Of a stretch of 41,437 nt of DNA, positions 8,399-17,578 are shown one piece after another. The notes beneath the pieces were generated by a model that was given only the letters and a program-made list of their open reading frames with translations, was not told the origin of the DNA and ran no database searches. Made by a program: the position numbers and the translations under genes. How positions within the stretch are numbered: position 1 is the stretch's first letter; each line of letters opens with the position of its first letter. The DNA comes from an uncultured Saprospiraceae bacterium (lineage in GTDB: Bacteria; Bacteroidota; Bacteroidia; Chitinophagales; Saprospiraceae): contig CALGJS010000150.1 of the NCBI GenBank assembly GCA_937927835.1, positions 1 to 41,437 of the forward strand, read 5' to 3'.

Positions 8399-9529
8399 TT
8401 ATAGTCGACGTTGAACCTGTTCTACCATACTAGTTTTCCAGGTTGAAAAGTCTCCTGCTACGATATGTTTTCGAGCTTCCTTCATCAACCAAAGATAAAA
8501 ACTCAAGTTATGTAAGGTCGCTATCTGTCCCCCTAGAATTTCTTTGCTTTGAACTAAATGTCTCAAATAAGCTTTGGAATGTGTCCGAGTAGTCGTACAA
8601 TGTCCATCAGAGTCAATGGGACTATGGTCATCTTTCCATTTTTTATTCTTGATATTAATAATGCCATTTTGTGTAAACAAAAATCCATGACGAGCATTCC
8701 GGGTCGGCATCACACAATCAAACATATCGACTCCTAGCGCAATACACTCTAACAAGTTTGCGGGTGTTCCAACTCCCATAAGATAACGTGGTTTGTCTTT
8801 CGGTAGTATTCCACAGACAAGATCCGTCGCTCGATACATCTCTTCGGCTGGCTCTCCTACAGAAAGGCCTCCAATAGCATTGGCATCTCGCTCATAGCTC
8901 GCAATGGTTTCCGCAGATTCTTTACGCAGGTCATCATACGTACTTCCTTGTACGATTGGAACGAAGGATTGTTTATATCCATAATGACCTTCTCCTTTAT
9001 CAAAATGATCACAACATCTTTTAAGCCATCGATGCGTCATTCGCATTGATTTTTTTGCATAGTGATAATCACAAGGATAGGGTGTACATTCGTCAAATGC
9101 CATGATGATATCAGCACCAATTACTCTTTGTATATCGATGGCAACTTCCGGACTGAAGAAGTGTCGAGAACCATCAATATGTGATTGAAAGGTTACTCCT
9201 TCTTCTTTTATTTTTCGTCGATGACTCAGCGAGTAAACTTGATACCCACCACTATCTGTCAAAATCGGATGAGGCCAGTTAATAAATTTATGTAAACCAC
9301 CTGCACCTTTCAATACATCAAGTCCAGGACGCAAATAAAGATGATAGGTATTGCCAAGAATAATTTCGGCTTCAATCTCTTTTTTAAGTTCTGCTTGATG
9401 CACCGCCTTAACCGTACCTGCAGTACCTACAGGCATAAAGATGGGTGTTTGAATTTCTCCGTGATCTGTTGTAATCGTACCCGTTCGGGCATTGGAATTA
9501 GGATCCTTATGTTCTAATTTAAATTTCAT
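8399..9529 (-). CDS. tgt: Queuine tRNA-ribosyltransferase (tRNA-guanine transglycosylase)
   Basis: 376 aa with TDSGGYQ, AFDECTPYP, GGLSVGEP, YLMGVGTP and DMFDCVMPTRNARHG: all catalytic-core motifs. The usual CxCxxC zinc motif reads GHCTTT (see findings). The start overlaps the upstream SEDS stop (ATGA). Confidence 0.96.
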   Translation of the reverse strand: MKFKLEHKDPNSNARTGTITTDHGEIQTPIFMPVGTAGTVKAVHQAELKKEIEAEIILGNTYHLYLRPGLDVLKGAGGLHKFINWPHPILTDSGGYQVYSLSHRRKIKEEGVTFQSHIDGSRHFFSPEVAIDIQRVIGADIIMAFDECTPYPCDYHYAKKSMRMTHRWLKRCCDHFDKGEGHYGYKQSFVPIVQGSTYDDLRKESAETIASYERDANAIGGLSVGEPAEEMYRATDLVCGILPKDKPRYLMGVGTPANLLECIALGVDMFDCVMPTRNARHGFLFTQNGIINIKNKKWKDDHSPIDSDGHCTTTRTHSKAYLRHLVQSKEILGGQIATLHNLSFYLWLMKEARKHIVAGDFSTWKTSMVEQVQRRL

Positions 9530-10941
9530 GCAGTAAGACGATTGCTGTCCAGGCTTAATAAAATACCGGTCATCATGGTAAAAGCCAAAATGGAAGATCC
9601 TCCATAGCTAATGAATGGTAAGGGAATACCGATAACAGGGACTAATCCCATGGTCATACCAATATTCACAAAAAAATGGACAAATAATATACCGGCAAAA
9701 CTATAAGCATAATAACGTGAGAAATCTGCTCTCTGCCGTTCTGCCAATATGGTAATTCTTAATAGTAATAATAAAAATAATCCTACGATCCCTACTGTTC
9801 CAACGAAGCCTTGCTCTTCTCCAACGGTACAGAAAATAAAGTCAGTGGATTGTTCAGGAACATAGTTTAGTTTGGTCATGGTTCCTTCTAAAAAACCTTT
9901 TCCTTGTAATCCTCCAGAACCAATGGTGTTTTTGGATTGAATCACATTGTATAATGCGCCACGTGGATCTGCTTTGGAAGGTTGTAACCAAACGTTGAGT
10001 CGATCCTGCTGATGTCGAGGTAATTTATTAAAAGTAAAATTTGATGCAACGGTAAAAAAACCAGCGACCACCAAAAGAAAATACATCGGTTTGATGATGT
10101 CTCGACGACGTCCTTGGTATTGCAAATAAGTCATTCCTAATAACGCAATTCCAGTAATTACCATCACCGGTATTTCAAGACCTTGTGTCATTCCACTAAT
10201 ACTTAAAATCGTATAAACTAGAAAACCTAATAACCAATAGAGCTTATTTTTTTTCTGAAAACTGACCATTGCCAATATGGCTAACAAGGCTAAACCTAGT
10301 AGAATATAAATTGGATTAAACACAAGTCCTAGAATAGAAACGGTGGCTACAGATATTCCTAAAATATAGAGATTAGCATTAAACCCTTCCCGAAATAATA
10401 CAATTAAAAAAGAAGTAAATACCAAAGCCGATCCAGCATCTGGTTGCATCATAATCAAAACAATCGGTAAGAGAAATAATCCGATGGCGGTTATTTGTGA
10501 TTTTAGATCACTGACACGAGTGCTATAAGTACTGAGATAAGCGGACATAGCTAGACAGGCACCAACCTTGGCAAATTCTGATGGCTGGAGGGTAAAACCT
10601 GCAATCGCAAACCAAGAGGTAGCATTATTGATTTCTTTACCAAGAATTAATACCAAGACCAGCATTATGATAGTAGTCGCGTAGATCAGATAAGCAAATG
10701 TCCGCCAAAAGTTCCAGTCAATAAATAAAAGTAGTAATAACATAACCAGAGAAATACCAATAAACATGGTTTGTTTCCCAACGTTATTATCTAAGCTAAA
10801 AACCATTTCTGTAAAACCCTGACCTTCTTCGTAACTAACCGCATAAATCATCAACCAACCAATGGTTATCAAACTCAAAAACAACGAAAGGGTGATCCAA
10901 TCAAGATTCTTTAATCCCGAAGCTACATTTCTATTACTCAT
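9526..10941 (-). CDS. SEDS-family peptidoglycan glycosyltransferase (FtsW/RodA/SpoVE family)
   Basis: 471 aa, about 10 TM segments, with MQPDAGSALVF, TDFIFCTVGEEQGFVG and PLPFISYGGSS. No class B PBP or mreBCD genes are adjacent, so I do not assign rodA versus ftsW. Confidence 0.88.
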   Translation of the reverse strand: MSNRNVASGLKNLDWITLSLFLSLITIGWLMIYAVSYEEGQGFTEMVFSLDNNVGKQTMFIGISLVMLLLLLFIDWNFWRTFAYLIYATTIIMLVLVLILGKEINNATSWFAIAGFTLQPSEFAKVGACLAMSAYLSTYSTRVSDLKSQITAIGLFLLPIVLIMMQPDAGSALVFTSFLIVLFREGFNANLYILGISVATVSILGLVFNPIYILLGLALLAILAMVSFQKKNKLYWLLGFLVYTILSISGMTQGLEIPVMVITGIALLGMTYLQYQGRRRDIIKPMYFLLVVAGFFTVASNFTFNKLPRHQQDRLNVWLQPSKADPRGALYNVIQSKNTIGSGGLQGKGFLEGTMTKLNYVPEQSTDFIFCTVGEEQGFVGTVGIVGLFLLLLLRITILAERQRADFSRYYAYSFAGILFVHFFVNIGMTMGLVPVIGIPLPFISYGGSSILAFTMMTGILLSLDSNRLTA

Positions 10942-10953
10942 AGTGGATAATAA

Positions 10954-11364
10954 TTAATATCCCAATAACAGGCGGGCGGCAATTTGATTATCCTTAGTTG
11001 GGTAAGCACTAGGGAATTTTTTCTTTAAACGGTATAAGAGTTCTGTAGCTTCTAATTTAGAGGCAAAAGCACCTGCTCTTAACTTGTAGTAAGGTTTATC
11101 ATGTTTCCAATCAACTAGCATACCGGGGTAATCTCGTTGGAATTCCGCTTTTACTTTTTCTAGCATTTGACGATCTGTGGTAGCCAAAATCTGGATTCTC
11201 CAGCCCGAAACATATTCGTTGAGCTGATTCTGCTGTCCAAGATGGTACATCATTCTTGTAACAATCGTTGCCTCTTTTACATAGACGTTTTGCTGCGCCT
11301 GCATCTGGCTACTACCAGCCAAGAAGAGGACTAAAAACAAAATTAAACTGCTATACTTTTTCAT
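10954..11364 (-). CDS. SPOR-domain (peptidoglycan-binding) secreted protein
   Basis: ATG at 11364 gives MKKYSSLILFLVLFLAGSSQMQAQ (signal peptide). The C-terminal WRIQILATTDRQMLEKVKAEF...YYKLRAGAFASKLEATELLYRLKKKFPSAY fits the SPOR fold pattern. The tracked 54-codon extension would overlap the end of secA and cross a strong hairpin. Confidence 0.7.
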   Translation of the reverse strand: MKKYSSLILFLVLFLAGSSQMQAQQNVYVKEATIVTRMMYHLGQQNQLNEYVSGWRIQILATTDRQMLEKVKAEFQRDYPGMLVDWKHDKPYYKLRAGAFASKLEATELLYRLKKKFPSAYPTKDNQIAARLLLGY

Positions 11365-11443
11365 ACGGATAATTTTTTCACAAAATAACAAAAAAAGGGC
11401 AAGTAATGACCGAAAAGTAAGTACCGTATTTAAGTAAACAGCA

Positions 11444-11475
11444 ATGGTCAATGACGATTTCTCATCATTGACCAT
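11444..11475 (-). terminator. Strong hairpin downstream of secA (probable terminator or RNA-stability element)
   Basis: The - strand reads ATGGTCAATGATGA-GAAA-TCGTCATTGACCAT, a 14-bp stem with one G-U pair and a GAAA tetraloop. Only a weak T-rich tail (TGCTGTTTACTT) follows. Confidence 0.5.
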
Positions 11476-11507
11476 CAATCTAGTCTTTATATTAAAAAAA
11501 GAGTAAT

Positions 11508-14500
11508 TTATCCTTTTCCGTGACAATGCTTGTATTTCTTACCGCTTCCACAAGGACAGGCTTCGTTACGGCCTACCTTTTTCTCCGTTCGCTTAAAGGT
11601 TTCGGGTTTTTGTCTACTAACGTTTTCACCTGCCGCTCTTGCTGCTGCACTTGAACCACGTTCTTGGCTTGCTCCTCCTTGCTGGCGACTCGTCTGGACC
11701 TTACTTAGATCCGTTTTCTGTTCTTTTGCTTCTGTAACATTTTGTGCCGCTGGAATAACAACTCTACCATTTGCTAAAGCAGAAGTTACTTGCTCATTAA
11801 TTGATTGAATCAATTGTTCAAACAAGTTAAAGGCTTCCATTTTATAAATGACCAATGGATCTTTTTGCTCAAAAGAAGCAGCTTGAACCGATTCTTTTAA
11901 TTCATCCATCGAACGTAAATGTTCTTTCCACTCTTCATCTATTACCGATAAGGCGATTGCCTTTTCAATGTCTCTAGAAATAGATTTACCATTCGTAGCG
12001 ATCGCATCTGCAATATCTGCAGAAACATTCATTCCTTTAGTTAAACCTGTTGCAAAAGGAATAGACACGCGCTTGTATTGGTTAGCTTGATTTTCATGCA
12101 CATTTCTGATAAATGGCATGATATATTCTGCAATTTTACTATTCTTCTCGTTATAGAAATTTAGAAACTGTTTTTCAAAACGGTCAATCAGATTATCTTC
12201 ATTTCCGTTGTCAAATTCATCTTTCGTAATCTCCGGATCAATACCTGCATATTTCAAAGAAGCTTCTCGGAAAGTTTCATAAGAACCATTTTGGCGATGT
12301 CCAATAACGAGGCTTTCTGTCAAAGAAGTAAACATTGTATTAATATCTACCGCTAAACGATCTCCAGATAACGCATTATCTCTCTTGGTATAAATCGCTT
12401 CTCTCTGAATATTCATTACATCATCATATTCCAATAGACGCTTACGAATTCCAAAGTTATTTTCTTCTACTTTTGTTTGCGCTCGTTCAATTGATTTGGT
12501 AACCATCGAGTGTTGGATAACTTCTCCATCTTGATGTCCCATTTTGTCCATCAATTTTGCAATTTTTTCCGACTGGAATAATCGCATCAGATTATCTTCC
12601 AAAGACACATAAAATTGTGAGCTACCAGGATCTCCTTGTCGTCCAGAACGTCCTCTTAACTGACGATCTACTCGTCGAGAATCGTGTCGTTCTGTACCAA
12701 TGATTCCTAAACCACCTGCTTTTTTAACTTCGTCAGAAAGCTTAATATCCGTACCACGACCTGCCATATTAGTTGCGATCGTTACTTTACCTGGATTACC
12801 TGCTTCGGCTACGATGTCTGCCTCTCGCTGATGCTGCTTGGCGTTCAATACATTATGATCGAGGCCACGTAGTTGTAGCATACGACTCAGTTTTTCAGAG
12901 ATATCGACGGAAGTAGTACCAACCAATACTGGTCGACCTGCATCTGTCATCTTAACGATCTCATCGATAACTGCGTTGTATTTTTCACGGCCTGTTTTGA
13001 AAACTAAATCTTCTCGATCATCTCTGACGATTGGACGGTTGGTTGGAATTACTACTACATCTAGTTTGTAGATTTCCCAAAGCTCACCCGCCTCCGTTTC
13101 TGCCGTACCCGTCATACCGGCTAGCTTGTGGTACATACGGAAATAATTCTGGAGCGTAACCGTTGCATAAGTTTGCGTGATTTCTCCAATCTTTACATTT
13201 TCTTTTGCTTCCAGTGCTTGGTGTAGTCCATCGGAATATCGACGACCTTCCATCATACGACCTGTTTGCTCATCGACAATTTTTACTTGTCCGTCCATCA
13301 CTACGTATTCTTCATCTTTCTCAAACAAACTATACGCTTTCAATAACTGGCTAATACTGTGTAATCTTTTTGACTTAGCAGAAAAATCACTAATCAATAT
13401 CGTCCGTGCTTCATTCTTTTCTTCTTCTCCCATTTCTTCATCGCTATCAATCATCATGAGCTCGGTCGCCATATCAGGCATGATGAAAAAGTCTGGATCT
13501 TCGCCGCCACGTGCAAGTGACTCTGAACCTTTTTCTGTCAGCTCAACACTTCTTGTCTTTTCTTCAATAGTGTATAACAACGGCTCATCTACTAAATGCA
13601 TATTTTTGGATTGCTCCTGCATGTAATGATTTTCCGTCTTTTGAAGTAATACTTTATTTCCTTCTTGACTTAAGAACTTAATTAAAGGTCGATATTTTGG
13701 CATCGCTCGATGTGCTCTTAGTAAAGACATTCCTGCTTCCCCTTCTTGCACTCCTAAAATATTATCTTTGATCAAAGATTTAGCTTCCGCCAAATACTTT
13801 GTAGCTAGTTGCTTTTGAGCATTAATTAACCGTTCTACTCTTGGCTTTAAGGCTTCATATTCTTGTTCTTCCGTTCCTTTTGGTACTGGACCAGAAATAA
13901 TTAACGGTGTTCGTGCATCATCAATCAAAACAGAATCTACCTCATCAATCATAGAGAAGTGATGCTTACCCTGCACACGTTCTGTAGAAGATTGAACCAT
14001 ATTATCTCTTAGATAATCAAAACCGAATTCATTATTTGTTCCATAGGTAATATCTGCTTTATACGCAGCTACTCGCTGTGGAGAATGTGGACGATACTTA
14101 TCAATACAATCTACCGTCAAGAATAAAAATTCGAAGATAGGTCCGATCCATTCACTATCTCGTAAGGCAAGATAATTATTGACTGTAATCACGTGAACAC
14201 CAAGGCCACTTAATCCATTCAAATAAGCAGGTAGGGTGGCTACTAAAGTTTTACCTTCACCCGTTGCCATCTCTGCTACTTTTCCATCGTGTAATACCAT
14301 TCCACCAATGAGCTGTACATCGTAGTGAACCATGTTCCAGACGATTTCTCCTCCGGCAGCCATCCAACGGTTTTTCCAAGTGGCTTTATCACCATCTATC
14401 AAGATGTAGTTACGTGATGCAGCCATTTCGCGATCGTGATCCGTAACGGATACAACGATCTCTTCATTTTCACTAAATCGACGAGCCGTTTCTTTTACTA

Positions 14501-14846
14501 CGGCAAAAGCTTCAGGCAATATTTCTTTTAGAATTACCTCTAGGTGTTTATCACGCTCTTCTTTAAATTTATCAATTTCTTTAAAAAGTGCTTCTTTAGC
14601 GTGAATATCTTCGTTATTTCGTGCTTCCGCTTCTGCATTTGAAATATCCTCATCGATTCCTTTGAGGTGTTCCGCGATACGTTCCCGAAAAACCAAGGTT
14701 TTATTACGAAGTTCGTCGTGGCTAAGGTTTTGGTAAGATACGGCCAGTTCATTAATTTCCTCGACAATAGGCGTGTAGTTTGCCACGTCTTTCTCATACT
14801 TGGTTCCGAATATTTTACCAACCAGTTTGGTGATGGATTTAAACAT
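11508..14846 (-). CDS. secA: Preprotein translocase ATPase SecA
   Basis: DEAD-motor motifs (MATGEGKTLVATLPAYL, MIDEVDSVLIDDARTPLIISG, LAGMTGTA, TNMAGRGTDI) and a C-terminal zinc finger CPCGSGKKYKHCHG. The ATG at 14846 (MFKSITKLVGKIFG...) is preferred, because a -7 promoter box lies inside the tracked 10-codon extension. Confidence 0.97.
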   Translation of the reverse strand: MFKSITKLVGKIFGTKYEKDVANYTPIVEEINELAVSYQNLSHDELRNKTLVFRERIAEHLKGIDEDISNAEAEARNNEDIHAKEALFKEIDKFKEERDKHLEVILKEILPEAFAVVKETARRFSENEEIVVSVTDHDREMAASRNYILIDGDKATWKNRWMAAGGEIVWNMVHYDVQLIGGMVLHDGKVAEMATGEGKTLVATLPAYLNGLSGLGVHVITVNNYLALRDSEWIGPIFEFLFLTVDCIDKYRPHSPQRVAAYKADITYGTNNEFGFDYLRDNMVQSSTERVQGKHHFSMIDEVDSVLIDDARTPLIISGPVPKGTEEQEYEALKPRVERLINAQKQLATKYLAEAKSLIKDNILGVQEGEAGMSLLRAHRAMPKYRPLIKFLSQEGNKVLLQKTENHYMQEQSKNMHLVDEPLLYTIEEKTRSVELTEKGSESLARGGEDPDFFIMPDMATELMMIDSDEEMGEEEKNEARTILISDFSAKSKRLHSISQLLKAYSLFEKDEEYVVMDGQVKIVDEQTGRMMEGRRYSDGLHQALEAKENVKIGEITQTYATVTLQNYFRMYHKLAGMTGTAETEAGELWEIYKLDVVVIPTNRPIVRDDREDLVFKTGREKYNAVIDEIVKMTDAGRPVLVGTTSVDISEKLSRMLQLRGLDHNVLNAKQHQREADIVAEAGNPGKVTIATNMAGRGTDIKLSDEVKKAGGLGIIGTERHDSRRVDRQLRGRSGRQGDPGSSQFYVSLEDNLMRLFQSEKIAKLMDKMGHQDGEVIQHSMVTKSIERAQTKVEENNFGIRKRLLEYDDVMNIQREAIYTKRDNALSGDRLAVDINTMFTSLTESLVIGHRQNGSYETFREASLKYAGIDPEITKDEFDNGNEDNLIDRFEKQFLNFYNEKNSKIAEYIMPFIRNVHENQANQYKRVSIPFATGLTKGMNVSADIADAIATNGKSISRDIEKAIALSVIDEEWKEHLRSMDELKESVQAASFEQKDPLVIYKMEAFNLFEQLIQSINEQVTSALANGRVVIPAAQNVTEAKEQKTDLSKVQTSRQQGGASQERGSSAAARAAGENVSRQKPETFKRTEKKVGRNEACPCGSGKKYKHCHGKG

Positions 14847-14873
14847 AATTTTTTCTTCTAAAATGTGAAGTTG

Positions 14874-14881
14874 CAAAGATA
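14874..14881 (-). promoter_or_regulatory. Candidate -7 promoter box for secA
   Basis: The - strand reads TATCTTTG (TAnnTTTG consensus), ending 27 nt upstream of the ATG at 14846. No clear -33 TTTG is present. Confidence 0.4.
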
Positions 14882-15097
14882 AGCAATTGTATGGCGTCTA
14901 TAGGTCATATTTCATACCATTACGATAATTACTATTTTTATGCGCCATTTTGGCATTTTATTCTTAATTCTGCTGCCAGAATCGTTTATTTATTAGGTGA
15001 AGTTGTTTAAAAACTCCAAAATTGCTTGCAAACTGATAAAATTATCGAATTCTTAAACAACTTCGGGAACACTGGCATTTTTACAAAAAAAATAACC

Positions 15098-15835
15098 ATG
15101 CGATTATTGTTCTCTTCTTTAATAATACTAATTATAATAGGTCTCCAATGGGGTTGTGGTTCAAATAAGATCCAAGATATTGGTAACTATTATTACCCAT
15201 TAAACGCTCTAGAGCGAGGTGTAGTTTATGAATATCAATCTACTACTACCGATACGCTTCCCGAAGAGTACTGGTATTTCAGAAGTCTCTATACAGATTC
15301 TGTGGATTATCTTACAGCTAATTTTTATGATCATAATTTTATTGTAAGACAGTTTACAACGGAAGAAATCATCGTTAATGGCTCTATCATCAAAGATTAT
15401 TTTTTATATAGTGTGGATTCTCTGGGTTTTCAAACTCAAATTCCGGCAAAAATAAAAAGTGCTACTGCATTTCCTTTCGAGGTAAGAGATTCAGGTGGAA
15501 TTTTTCTTACACATCTAAAATGGACGTTACAAGAAGACCCTGAAATTAGTACGACCGTCATAAAAAATAGACGGTATGCAGGTAAAACAACTTATAAATT
15601 TAATGGTAAAGTGTATGACTGCGTCGTCTTCGAACTAAAAGAACTAGTGGACGACTTTAACAATGGACACTGGGAAAAACAATACGAAGGAAAAGAGTTC
15701 TACGCCAAAGGTCTAGGATTAATTTACTACGAAAAAAAGATAGATGACAATTTTATTCTCAGCTATGAGCTGGTAGATACTTTCGCAATGACGGAATTAG
15801 AAAAGCGATTTAGAGGAACAATGGGGTTTCGCTAA
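15098..15835 (+). CDS. Hypothetical lipoprotein
   Basis: ATG at 15098 gives MRLLFSSLIILIIIGLQWGCGSNK (signal peptide plus lipobox-like Cys). I recognise no family in the remainder. The tracked TTG start at 15026 adds a non-signal extension. Confidence 0.55.
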   Translation: MRLLFSSLIILIIIGLQWGCGSNKIQDIGNYYYPLNALERGVVYEYQSTTTDTLPEEYWYFRSLYTDSVDYLTANFYDHNFIVRQFTTEEIIVNGSIIKDYFLYSVDSLGFQTQIPAKIKSATAFPFEVRDSGGIFLTHLKWTLQEDPEISTTVIKNRRYAGKTTYKFNGKVYDCVVFELKELVDDFNNGHWEKQYEGKEFYAKGLGLIYYEKKIDDNFILSYELVDTFAMTELEKRFRGTMGFR

Positions 15836-15860
15836 AAAATAATTCGCCTATAATTTCATT

Positions 15861-16559
15861 TTATTTAATCGCCATTCCTTGCATAGGATTTTTTTTCTTT
15901 TTCTTTACCGAAGCAACAAATTTGTTGACTTCTGAATTCACGCGCCAGCGGAAAAATAAATCTCCTGCTATTAAAATGATCCAACCTGAGCCAAAAACGA
16001 CATTTCTTACTAATTCTATCAAATCAATATAGGCCGTAAAAAACGGTCTTACCAAGCAAAGTTCCAAGGCAATAATACCAGCCGTCAATAAAAATAAAAA
16101 TACGCTGATTGCACGAGTAGACTTTAGATAACTGGGCTTTTCTTGTCGGCTACATTTTTTAAGAAATCGAACGGTCAATTCATTTCTACTATCCATTTTG
16201 ATCAATTCTTGTAGAATATGTTTTGCTTTACCATATTCCATCAAGTTGAAATGAGCTGCAGCCTTTTTGAATAAAATATTAAAGAACACATCTTCTCCGT
16301 GATAATACTTAATGTTTTGTTCGATGGTTATTTCAATCGCCTGATCCGCCACAGTAAGAAAACTATGATAGGTACCGATTTCGAACAACGCTTCGGCGTA
16401 AGTCAGTAATAATTCAAAATATTCGTTGAATTCTAGATGTACGATTTCATCTGTACGAGATTCAAAAAATCGTACGATATTACGAAATTCGCTTTGTTCA
16501 ATACCTTTAAATTCTTGGTATACACTGGAATGGTAAAATGAATCTTCTGTCTGTCGCAT
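15861..16559 (-). CDS. Hypothetical membrane protein (helical-repeat N-terminus, two C-terminal TM segments)
   Basis: 232-aa ORF with a TPR-like helical N-terminal half (LLLTYAEALFEIGTYH..., AAAHFNLMEYGKAKHILQELI), two hydrophobic segments and a lysine-rich tail. No family recognised. Confidence 0.5.
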   Translation of the reverse strand: MRQTEDSFYHSSVYQEFKGIEQSEFRNIVRFFESRTDEIVHLEFNEYFELLLTYAEALFEIGTYHSFLTVADQAIEITIEQNIKYYHGEDVFFNILFKKAAAHFNLMEYGKAKHILQELIKMDSRNELTVRFLKKCSRQEKPSYLKSTRAISVFLFLLTAGIIALELCLVRPFFTAYIDLIELVRNVVFGSGWIILIAGDLFFRWRVNSEVNKFVASVKKKKKNPMQGMAIK

Positions 16560-16690
16560 TTCAGATAAATTTGTAAAATTCGTTAAGTAAACTCGTTCAA
16601 AACAAAGGTGACTTAATACTTGCTTAATTTAGCTGCCCATCCGCTTCGCGGTTCCCTCATTTAATTCATTTTATGAATTACCCTGCGGGA

Positions 16691-17449
16691 TCATTCGGTC
16701 ACCTTCAATGTGTAAAGTTGTGGTTTTGAAGGGGTAGCATCTAAATCAAAGGGGGCTATTCCAATCATTAACAGGAATAAACCGTCTTTGATTTTATTTG
16801 GGACGTATATTAACTCTGTAATGGTTGCATTTTTACGAACTAATGACGGATACTGCCAGAAAGCTTTGTGTGCCAATAATTTTCCATCGTCTTCTTCCCG
16901 ATCTACCGAGGGTAGATCAATCAATAAATGTTGTACACCTTGTTCTACTAAAAAACGAACCGCTTTGTGATGTATGTAAGGTGGATTCTTCCCGGAATAA
17001 TTTTTCTGCTTTTTGGAAAGCTCATTCGGTAAAGTTCGGATAATCAATGCTTCTGTTGTGATCAGTTTTTTCAGCGCTTTTACTTGACGATAAGTTATTA
17101 CCTGATCTCCATTTTTGGCTGTTTCAGGGGGAATACTAATCACTCTAGCAAGATAATGAAATTTCTTCAAAGATGCATTAATCGAATATTTTTTAGTCGC
17201 AATATGTCCGACACATTCCGTGTGTGTACCATTTCCATGCGGATTAAACTTAATATTCTTAAAATTTACCAGTCCTCCTTTCTTAGTATCGCCAATAAAG
17301 TCTCCTGCAACAACTGGAGTAATCTCAACAGGTGGAGCATAAAAGCAATTTACACCACGACTACCTGGTAAAAAGGGAATAGAAATATCGTGCGGCTTTG
17401 AAAGGTCGGCTTCGAAAGCCTGATCTTCATGGTGAAGGGTAATGATCAT
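16691..17449 (-). CDS. Cyclase-family protein (kynurenine formamidase-like fold)
   Basis: 252 aa. HGNGTHTECVGH resembles the HxGTHxDxPxH metal motif, and LLIDLPSVDREED is the second conserved cyclase-family motif. Confidence 0.7.
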   Translation of the reverse strand: MIITLHHEDQAFEADLSKPHDISIPFLPGSRGVNCFYAPPVEITPVVAGDFIGDTKKGGLVNFKNIKFNPHGNGTHTECVGHIATKKYSINASLKKFHYLARVISIPPETAKNGDQVITYRQVKALKKLITTEALIIRTLPNELSKKQKNYSGKNPPYIHHKAVRFLVEQGVQHLLIDLPSVDREEDDGKLLAHKAFWQYPSLVRKNATITELIYVPNKIKDGLFLLMIGIAPFDLDATPSKPQLYTLKVTE

Positions 17450-17578
17450 TGATTGGTATTTTTAAATAATGAATCTACCCTAAAATAATGAAATTTCAAA
17501 AAGGTCTCAAAATCTTAGACACTATAAAATAAGTACATGAACAAATTAAGTGATAACATATGATTGGATCGTTGGTTC

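Noticed and set aside
11365-11526. Tracked 54-codon N-terminal extension of the SPOR protein that overlaps the secA stop.
   Set aside because: The extension crosses the strong post-secA hairpin and has no signal-peptide character, while the internal ATG at 11364 gives a textbook signal peptide. The same logic trimmed hsp20 (868-903), ssb (5032-5058), secA (14847-14876), the lipoprotein (15026-15097) and the DUF3524 gene (25177-25254).
13177-13626. 149-aa + strand ORF inside secA, and similar nested ORFs at 11530-11808, 14540-14821 and 14667-14861.
   Set aside because: These are shadow ORFs within the strongly conserved secA frame, and their products are low-complexity Ser/Phe/Ile-rich sequence.
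16632-16658. GC-rich patch (GCTGCCCATCCGCTTCGCGGTTCCCTC) in an otherwise AT-rich spacer downstream of the cyclase gene. It contains a CCGC-GAA-GCGG mini-hairpin and is followed by an ATTCAT-N3-ATGAAT hairpin at 16665-16679.
   Set aside because: The stems are short (4-6 bp), no U-tract follows, and it does not resemble a tRNA or any RNA family I recognise. The evidence is insufficient to call a feature.
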